NCBI GenBank assembly: GCA_028289465.1
Contig: JANQPM010000087.1
Location: forward strand, 2,520-66,519
Direction: 5' to 3'
From: Lysobacterales bacterium
Lineage (GTDB): Bacteria > Pseudomonadota > Gammaproteobacteria > Xanthomonadales > SZUA-36
Length of the DNA: 64,000 bases
Shown here in pieces: positions 57,757-64,000 of the stretch. Position 1 is the first letter of the stretch, and the number at the start of each line of letters is the position of its first letter. Position numbers and translations under genes: made by a program. Under the pieces are notes generated by a model that saw nothing but the letters and a program-made list of their open reading frames with translations, searched no databases and was not told the DNA's origin.

Positions 57757-57802
57757 ATTCCATAGTAGAATTGGGGGTTTGGATTAATCCGGGAATGTAC
57801 CG

Positions 57803-58066
57803 ATGGCTCGAATTACCGTAGAAGACTGTTTGCACAATATCGACAACCGTTTCGAACTGGTGCTGACCGCTACCAAGCGCGCGCGCCAAGTGGCCAACGG
57901 CGCCGACCCGCTGGTGGAAGAGGAAAACGATAAACCGACCGTTATCGCGCTGCGGGAAATCGCCGAGAACCTGGTCAACCCTCGCAATGTCGATGTTCTG
58001 CAGGCCGAGCTGGAAGCGGCCGAAGAGTTTGCCGACCAGTTGGAACGGGCCGCCGACGAACAATAG
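57803..58066 (+). CDS. rpoZ: DNA-directed RNA polymerase subunit omega
   Basis: [29 protein letters not shown] is the canonical RpoZ N-terminus. Confidence 0.92.
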   Translation: MARITVEDCLHNIDNRFELVLTATKRARQVANGADPLVEEENDKPTVIALREIAENLVNPRNVDVLQAELEAAEEFADQLERAADEQ

Positions 58067-58084
58067 TCCAGCGACCTCACGCCT

Positions 58085-60220
58085 ATGACCGAACCCCCGC
58101 ACTACCCGGAACCGGTTTTAAGACTGCGGGACCTGCTGAATACCTACCTCGACCCCGACAAAGTAGCCATTATTCTGCGCGCCTTTGAAGTCGGCGCCGA
58201 CGCGCATCGGGGACAAACCCGCCAGAGCGGCGAAGACTACATTCTGCACCCGGTGGAAGTCGCCAGCATCCTGGCCAATATGCGCATGGACCACCAGTCC
58301 ATCGCCGCCGCGATTTTGCATGACACGATCGAAGACACCCCGCTGACCAAAGAAGACCTCGTCGAACAATTCGGCGACGAGGTCGCGGAACTGGTCGACG
58401 GCGTGACCAAGCTGGACAAAATGAAATTCCGCACCCGCCAGGAAGCCACCGCGGAGTCTTTCCGCAAGCTGATGCTGGCCATGTCCAAAGACCTGCGGGT
58501 GATTTTTATCAAGCTGGCCGACCGGCTGCACAATATGCGCACGCTCAGCGCGGTCAAAGCGGATTCGCGCCGGCGCATTGCGCGCGAAACGCTGGACATC
58601 TACGCACCGATCGCCGACCGGCTCGGCATGAACCATATCAAGACCGAGCTGCAGGATCTGGGTTTTGCGAATCTGTATCCATGGCGCCACCAGGTCATCG
58701 CCGACCGGGTCCGGGCGGCGGCCGGCAATCAGCAGGAAGTACTGGACAACATCACCCGCGATCTGAAGAAAAAAATGAACGACGCCGGTATCCCATGCCG
58801 GGTGATCGGCCGGGAAAAATCGCCGTACAGCATCTACACCAAGATGATGGACAAGGACCTGACCTTTTCCGAGGTGACCGATGTTTATGCCTTTCGCATC
58901 GTGACCCATTCCGAGCCGCACTGCTACCAGGCCCTGGGCGTTGTGCACAGCCTTTATCAGCCGAAGCCCGGACGCTTCAAAGACTATATCGCGCTGCCCA
59001 AGGCCAACGGCTATCAGTCCCTGCATACGGTTTTGAACAGCCCGTACCGTGTGCCGATAGAAATTCAGATTCGCACCGAGGAAATGGACATCGTGGCCGA
59101 GAAAGGGGCTGCCGCGCACTGGTCCTACAAAACCGGCGGCAAGGGCGATTCGGCCCAGGTCAGAGCCCGCGAATGGCTGATGCAGCTCGTGGACACCCAG
59201 CGCCACACCAACGATTCGCTGGACTTTCTGGAAGGCGCGAAATCCGACCTGTTTCCCGATGAGATTTTCATTTTCACGCCGAAAGGCAAGATTATCGACC
59301 TGCGGCGCAATTCCACGGTACTGGATTTCGCATACGCCATTCACACCGATATCGGCAACCACACGCATCGCGCATCGGTCGACCGCGTCGAAGTGCCGCT
59401 GTCATACCGGCTGCGCAACGGCCAGATGGTCGAGATTCATACGCGGGACGAAGCCCATCCGAAACCGGAATGGCTGGGTTTTGTCGCAACCGCAAGAGCG
59501 CGTGCGGCGATACGCCACTATCTGAAAAGCCTGGAAGAAAAAGACACCGTGGCGCTGGGCCACCGGCTGCTGGAAAAAGCGCTGACTGCACGCAATACCT
59601 CACTGGAGGACATATCGCCGCGCCGGCTTCGCAAGTTCCTGAAAGAGAATCATTTTGAAAAGCTGGAAGAACTGTTGAGCGACCTCGCACTGGGCCAGCA
59701 ACTGGCGGACATGGTCGCTGCGAAGCTGAAGCCGCGGTTCCGTATCAACAGCCGCGGAGAAGCCCAGGGCGAAACCGAAGCACTGAGCATTGCCGGCACC
59801 GAAGGCAGTGCGGTCAGCTTTGGCAACTGCTGCCACCCGATACCCGGAGACCGGATCATGGGTTACCTGTCCGCTGGCAAAGGCATTGTGGTGCACCGGA
59901 TGAAATGCCGGAATACCGGGGAATTCAAAAAGCATCCGGACCGCTGTATGGAAGTCGTCTGGGCACCGATCATCGACAGCCAGTTTCAGGTCATCCTGCG
60001 CGTGATCACGAAAAACAATCCGGGCGTGCTGGCCAGCATCTCGGCCAGCATTGGCGAAGCCAACAGCAATATCGAGCGGGTGGAGCAGCCGGAATCCAAC
60101 CCGGAAACCGCCACCCTGATCTTTACGCTGACTGTGGACGACCGCGATCATATGGCGCGTGTGATGCGGCGGGTAAAGCGCAACCGCAATGTCATACGCG
60201 TCACCCGGGTATCGACCTGA
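58085..60220 (+). CDS. spoT: bifunctional (p)ppGpp synthetase/hydrolase
   Basis: HD hydrolase domain (HPVEVA...HDTIEDT), RelA/SpoT synthetase domain, TGS and ACT regions. Position after rpoZ. Confidence 0.92.
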   Translation: MTEPPHYPEPVLRLRDLLNTYLDPDKVAIILRAFEVGADAHRGQTRQSGEDYILHPVEVASILANMRMDHQSIAAAILHDTIEDTPLTKEDLVEQFGDEVAELVDGVTKLDKMKFRTRQEATAESFRKLMLAMSKDLRVIFIKLADRLHNMRTLSAVKADSRRRIARETLDIYAPIADRLGMNHIKTELQDLGFANLYPWRHQVIADRVRAAAGNQQEVLDNITRDLKKKMNDAGIPCRVIGREKSPYSIYTKMMDKDLTFSEVTDVYAFRIVTHSEPHCYQALGVVHSLYQPKPGRFKDYIALPKANGYQSLHTVLNSPYRVPIEIQIRTEEMDIVAEKGAAAHWSYKTGGKGDSAQVRAREWLMQLVDTQRHTNDSLDFLEGAKSDLFPDEIFIFTPKGKIIDLRRNSTVLDFAYAIHTDIGNHTHRASVDRVEVPLSYRLRNGQMVEIHTRDEAHPKPEWLGFVATARARAAIRHYLKSLEEKDTVALGHRLLEKALTARNTSLEDISPRRLRKFLKENHFEKLEELLSDLALGQQLADMVAAKLKPRFRINSRGEAQGETEALSIAGTEGSAVSFGNCCHPIPGDRIMGYLSAGKGIVVHRMKCRNTGEFKKHPDRCMEVVWAPIIDSQFQVILRVITKNNPGVLASISASIGEANSNIERVEQPESNPETATLIFTLTVDDRDHMARVMRRVKRNRNVIRVTRVST

Positions 60221-60261
60221 GGCACTACCGATTTTCGAATTCAGCGCTTTGAGGCATTGAA

Positions 60262-60642
60262 ATGAAACAAGCGATCCATACCGATTCGGCCCCGGCCGCA
60301 ATCGGCACGTATTCCCAGGCAGTTCGCCATCGCGACCTGGTATTCGTATCCGGCCAGATTCCACTGGACCCGGAAACCGGAGAAATGCTCGGCGGCGATA
60401 TCGGCGAGCAGATTCACCGCGTGTTCGGCAACCTCGATGCGATCTGCCGCGCGGCCGGCGGGAACCTGAATCAGGTATTGAAGCTCACTGTCTATCTGAC
60501 CGATCTGGCCCATTTCCCCCAGGTCAATGAAATCATGGCGCAGTACTTTGACACGCCCTACCCGGCACGTGCCGCCGTCGGCGTCGCGCAGTTGCCGAAA
60601 CAGGCAGAGGTGGAAATGGACGCCATACTGGCGCTGCAATAG
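60262..60642 (+). CDS. ridA: RidA family reactive-intermediate deaminase (YjgF/TdcF)
   Basis: AIGTYSQAV...VFVSGQIPLDPETGE...ARAAVGVAQLPK...VEMDAI. Confidence 0.88.
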   Translation: MKQAIHTDSAPAAIGTYSQAVRHRDLVFVSGQIPLDPETGEMLGGDIGEQIHRVFGNLDAICRAAGGNLNQVLKLTVYLTDLAHFPQVNEIMAQYFDTPYPARAAVGVAQLPKQAEVEMDAILALQ

Positions 60643-60664
60643 CCGCGGCGCAGGCGAAGGCCGA

Positions 60665-62749
60665 TTGACTGAAACCCAACCAACCGCGGCGTCGCTGACC
60701 AGCCTCAAAGGCGTCGGGCCAAAGCTGCAATCGCAGTTGCAGGAAGCAGGCATTCACGCGGTCAGCGATATTCTGTTTCATCTGCCGCTGCGCTACGAAG
60801 ACCGCACTCGGATTCATCCCGTCGGCGCGCTCAGCCCCGGCCAGCGGGTATTGATCGAGGGTCAAGTGGAACACGCAGCCATTGTTCCGGGTAAGCGCCG
60901 CATGCTGGTGGTTATGCTGGCCGACGGCAGCGGCCGCATCAGTCTGCGGTTTTTCCACTTTCGCTACAGTCAATACCAGCAACTGAAGCGCGGTACCCGG
61001 CTGCGCTGTTTCGGGGAAGTTAAAGCCGGATATCAGGGGCTGGAGATGATTCATCCGAATTATCAGCGGCTTGGCGATGCAAGCCCGCCACCGGCAGACC
61101 GGCTGACACCGATATACCCGACAGCGGCCGGCCTGAACCAGGCAACCTGGCTGAAACTAACCGATCAGGCCATTGCGCGCCTGCACAACGGCGAACTGGC
61201 GTTGACGGAGTTGCTTCCGGCCGACGTGCTTGAGCCGCTGGCGCTGCCGAGCCTGACCGATGCGCTGCAACTCATCCACCGTCCGCCGCCGGAAATCGAC
61301 ACGGCCGCACTGGAACAGCGGCGCCATCCGGCCCAGCAGCGGCTGGCGCTGGAAGAGCTGCTGGCGCACAACCTCAGCATGCAGCGGCTGCACCGCCAGC
61401 AGCGCGGTCAGCAGGCGCCGGCGATGAGCGGGCAAAGCCGGCTGGAAACACAATTCCTGGAAGCGCTGCCGTTTACCCTGACCGGCGCGCAGCAGCGGGT
61501 CGTCAAACAAATCCATGCCGATCTGAAACGGCCTTTTCCGATGCAGCGCCTGTTGCAGGGCGATGTCGGCTGCGGCAAGACCGTGGTCGCGGCCCTGGCC
61601 GTACTGCGCGCTCACGCCAGCGGCTGGCAGTCGGCGATTACCGCACCTACCGAGCTGCTGGCCGAACAGCACCGGCACAGCTTTTCCGAGTGGCTCGCAC
61701 CGCTGGGCATCGAACCGGTATGGCTGTCGGGCAAGGTGACCGGCAAAGCCCGCGAAAAAGCCCTGGGCGAGATCGCCGCGGGCGCGCCGCTGGTGATCGG
61801 GACCCATGCGCTAATGCAGACCGGCGTCTCGTTCAGCAAGCTCGGTTTTGTCGTGATCGACGAACAGCACCGCTTCGGCGTCCACCAGCGTTTCGCGCTG
61901 CGGCAGAAAGGCGACCAGAGCGGAGTCACCGCCCACCAGCTGATCATGACCGCCACGCCGATTCCGCGCACCCTGGCGATGACCGCCTATGCCGGACTGG
62001 AGGTATCGGTGATCGACGAGTTGCCGCCCGGCCGCCAGCCGGTGAAGACGGTTGCGCTATCGGGCGAGCGCCGGCAGGAAGTGATTCGGCGGATTACCAA
62101 GGCCTGCGAATCGGGCCGTCAGGCCTACTGGGTCTGCACCCTGATCGAGGCTTCCGATGTGCTGGAAGCGCAGGCCGCCGAAGATACGGCGGACGAGTTG
62201 AAGGCAGCACTGCCGAACGTTGCCGTCGGCCTGATCCACGGGCGAATGAAAAGCCGCGACAAAGAAGCAGTGATGCAGTCGTTCAAGGGCGGCCGTATTC
62301 AATTGCTGGTTGCGACGACCGTGATCGAGGTCGGCGTGGATGTGCCGAACGCGACATTGATGATTATCGAGAATGTCGAGCGCCTGGGTCTGGCGCAATT
62401 GCACCAGTTGCGGGGCCGGGTCGGCCGCGGTTCGGCGCAGGCGTCCTGCGTGCTGATGTATCAGCCCCCGCTGGGCCCGACCGCGAAACAGCGCCTGAAT
62501 ATCATGCGGGAAACTAATGACGGTTTTCGAATTGCCGAAAAGGACCTGGAACTCAGAGGTCCCGGCGAAGTGCTCGGAACGCGGCAGACCGGCGCACTGC
62601 AATTCCGCATCGCCGATCTGGCCCGGGATCAGGCGCTGCTGGCAAAAATCCCGCGCATCGCCGACCGAATGCTGACGGGCTACCCGCAGCAGGCCGATGC
62701 GCTGATTCAACGGTGGATCGGGCAGGCAGAACGCTACGCCGAGGTCTGA
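60665..62749 (+). CDS. recG: ATP-dependent DNA helicase RecG
   Basis: Wedge-domain N-terminus (LTSLKGVGPKL...LPLRYEDRT), helicase motifs GDVGCGKT, DEQHRFG and TATPIPRT. In-frame TTG start at 60665 inferred; the track start at 60527 overlaps ridA. Confidence 0.9.
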   Translation: MTETQPTAASLTSLKGVGPKLQSQLQEAGIHAVSDILFHLPLRYEDRTRIHPVGALSPGQRVLIEGQVEHAAIVPGKRRMLVVMLADGSGRISLRFFHFRYSQYQQLKRGTRLRCFGEVKAGYQGLEMIHPNYQRLGDASPPPADRLTPIYPTAAGLNQATWLKLTDQAIARLHNGELALTELLPADVLEPLALPSLTDALQLIHRPPPEIDTAALEQRRHPAQQRLALEELLAHNLSMQRLHRQQRGQQAPAMSGQSRLETQFLEALPFTLTGAQQRVVKQIHADLKRPFPMQRLLQGDVGCGKTVVAALAVLRAHASGWQSAITAPTELLAEQHRHSFSEWLAPLGIEPVWLSGKVTGKAREKALGEIAAGAPLVIGTHALMQTGVSFSKLGFVVIDEQHRFGVHQRFALRQKGDQSGVTAHQLIMTATPIPRTLAMTAYAGLEVSVIDELPPGRQPVKTVALSGERRQEVIRRITKACESGRQAYWVCTLIEASDVLEAQAAEDTADELKAALPNVAVGLIHGRMKSRDKEAVMQSFKGGRIQLLVATTVIEVGVDVPNATLMIIENVERLGLAQLHQLRGRVGRGSAQASCVLMYQPPLGPTAKQRLNIMRETNDGFRIAEKDLELRGPGEVLGTRQTGALQFRIADLARDQALLAKIPRIADRMLTGYPQQADALIQRWIGQAERYAEV

Positions 62750-62839
62750 CCGGGCGGATACGGCCCGATACCCCCTTGACTATCGTCTGTCGCGTACCTA
62801 ACGAACGCCAATAGCGGCATAGAATAACTATTCAACCAA

Positions 62840-63304
62840 TTACTCGAGGTCCGGCAGCACTTCTTCCACCAGGCTGTGGCGCGCCTGTTTGATCGCCGCC
62901 GACAGCGCCTGTTCCGATCGCTTGCTGGCCTCATTCCGGCTCGCAGCCGTCAGCACATCCACATGGCCGTTCCACAGTGTGGACAGCTCGCCGCCCATGG
63001 CCGGGGCGTCGCCCGGCATCAGGCTCATCAGATCGCGAATCAGCAGCGCGGAACCGTAGCCCCGTATCCGCAGTTCGTCCGCGCGGCTTTCGCTGTAGTT
63101 TCCCGGCAGAAAATAGTAGGCCTGGTCAACCACCGTCTGCAGTTCCGCCAGTTCTTCCAGCGTACGGAAAGCGGCATGTCGAATATTGCGTTGATACTCG
63201 GTCGTTTCGTTCCGCCAGGTGTTGTATCCAAGGCTGCCGACAGCGATGAACAAGCTGATCAGTGCGACGGCATTGTTGCGAATCTGTTCGGTGATCGTGG
63301 GCAT
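62840..63304 (-). CDS. hypothetical protein with a single N-terminal TM helix
   Basis: 154 aa. The TM segment AVALISLFIAVGSLGY is followed by a soluble helical region. The ATG lies 2 nt after the upstream TPR gene's stop. Confidence 0.45.
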   Translation of the reverse strand: MPTITEQIRNNAVALISLFIAVGSLGYNTWRNETTEYQRNIRHAAFRTLEELAELQTVVDQAYYFLPGNYSESRADELRIRGYGSALLIRDLMSLMPGDAPAMGGELSTLWNGHVDVLTAASRNEASKRSEQALSAAIKQARHSLVEEVLPDLE

Positions 63305-63306
63305 GG

Positions 63307-64000
63307 CTACAATACTGCCACTACGGGCAACTCGAGTTGCTCTCGGGCCGCCGCAACGTCTTTTTCGATGTTCTCAAGCACTGCCTGAAACCGCGGCAGA
63401 TCGCGCATACTGTTCAGCCGGAAATCCACCGCAATCAGCCAGCTATGGCGGAACCCGAGTTCGTAGGCCGCTTCCAGCGCCTCCAGCGCTTTTTCCTGAT
63501 CGCCGCGCATGGCCCAGATGCCGGCGCGCACATAATACAAATCCGGCATCTTCATTCCGGAATTGGAAACCTGTACCAGCAGCCGGTCGACCTGGTCCAG
63601 CGAGGCCTGGGCCGCTGCTACTTTGCCGTTTTCGATTTGTACGTAAGCCAGAAGGGTCAGCAAGTTCATCGCCAAACTGTCCGGCAGCAGGTTGGGTATC
63701 GCGTCGCGGGCCTGCGACAGATACGCTTCCGCCAGCTCGGATTTGTTTTCTATCATCGCCAGCATACCGCGATTGAAGCGATCGGTAATAATCTGCGTGG
63801 TCTGAGCCTCGCTATTGGCATCAAGCTGCTCGCCGCTGCCGATCAGGCGGCGCATTTCGTCCACCCGGCCCTGGGCCATCAGAAAGAAGTAATAGGTTTG
63901 CTCAACGCCGAGGTTTTCCGCGGCGACCTCCAGCGCCTGGTCCAGCACTTTCTGGGCCTGGCCGAAATCGCCCAGATCCATCCAGGCCTGAGCCGCAGCC
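63307..64000 (-). CDS. TPR-repeat protein, C-terminal part; the gene continues beyond the right edge
   Basis: The frame stays open upstream of the track's Met (..AAAQAWMDLGDFGQAQKVLDQAL..). Repeated TPR-like A/L/Y/G patterns are present. Confidence 0.55.
   Translation of the reverse strand, partial: AAAQAWMDLGDFGQAQKVLDQALEVAAENLGVEQTYYFFLMAQGRVDEMRRLIGSGEQLDANSEAQTTQIITDRFNRGMLAMIENKSELAEAYLSQARDAIPNLLPDSLAMNLLTLLAYVQIENGKVAAAQASLDQVDRLLVQVSNSGMKMPDLYYVRAGIWAMRGDQEKALEALEAAYELGFRHSWLIAVDFRLNSMRDLPRFQAVLENIEKDVAAAREQLELPVVAVL

Noticed and set aside
1-64000. CRISPR arrays, transposases, integrases, prophage genes, tRNA/rRNA genes or known defence-system genes.
   Set aside because: None was recognisable in the ORF translations or in the intergenic repeats. 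The window looks like stable chromosomal backbone.

Overview
This is a high-GC (about 60% by eye) chromosomal segment whose gene order looks gammaproteobacterial. Recognisable blocks are ponA divergent from pilMNOPQ, and rph / yicC-gmk-rpoZ-spoT-ridA-recG. Most of the window is core housekeeping: fadE, glnS, mnmG, pepN, gltA, rpmE2, hemW, rdgB, rph, bfr and bfd. Accessory content includes a B12-riboswitch-controlled btuB followed by apbE, and btuCD-like ABC transporter genes. It also includes a tetR-RND-MFP operon ending in a TLC/Npt-like transporter, a GMC oxidoreductase, a LemA/M48 protease pair and an orphan hutG-hutF operon fused to three unrelated genes. Several poorly characterised envelope proteins are present: a DSSG-repeat beta-solenoid protein, a Tyr/Arg-rich lipoprotein and membrane-anchored TPR proteins. 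I found no rRNA, tRNA, CRISPR array, transposase, integrase or phage genes, so nothing marks a genomic island. I also see no clear, self-contained novel multi-gene system. The best second-look candidates are listed here in window order:
- the strong palindrome over the apbE start codons, just downstream of riboswitch-controlled btuB
- the TLC-like transporter appended to the RND operon
- the LemA plus long M48 protease pair
- the extreme Tyr/Arg-rich lipoprotein
- the hutGF-ALDH-DUF938-msrC operon

All protein calls rest on motif recognition in the supplied translations, not on database searches. Many of the long ORFs in the track are antisense shadows typical of high-GC DNA.
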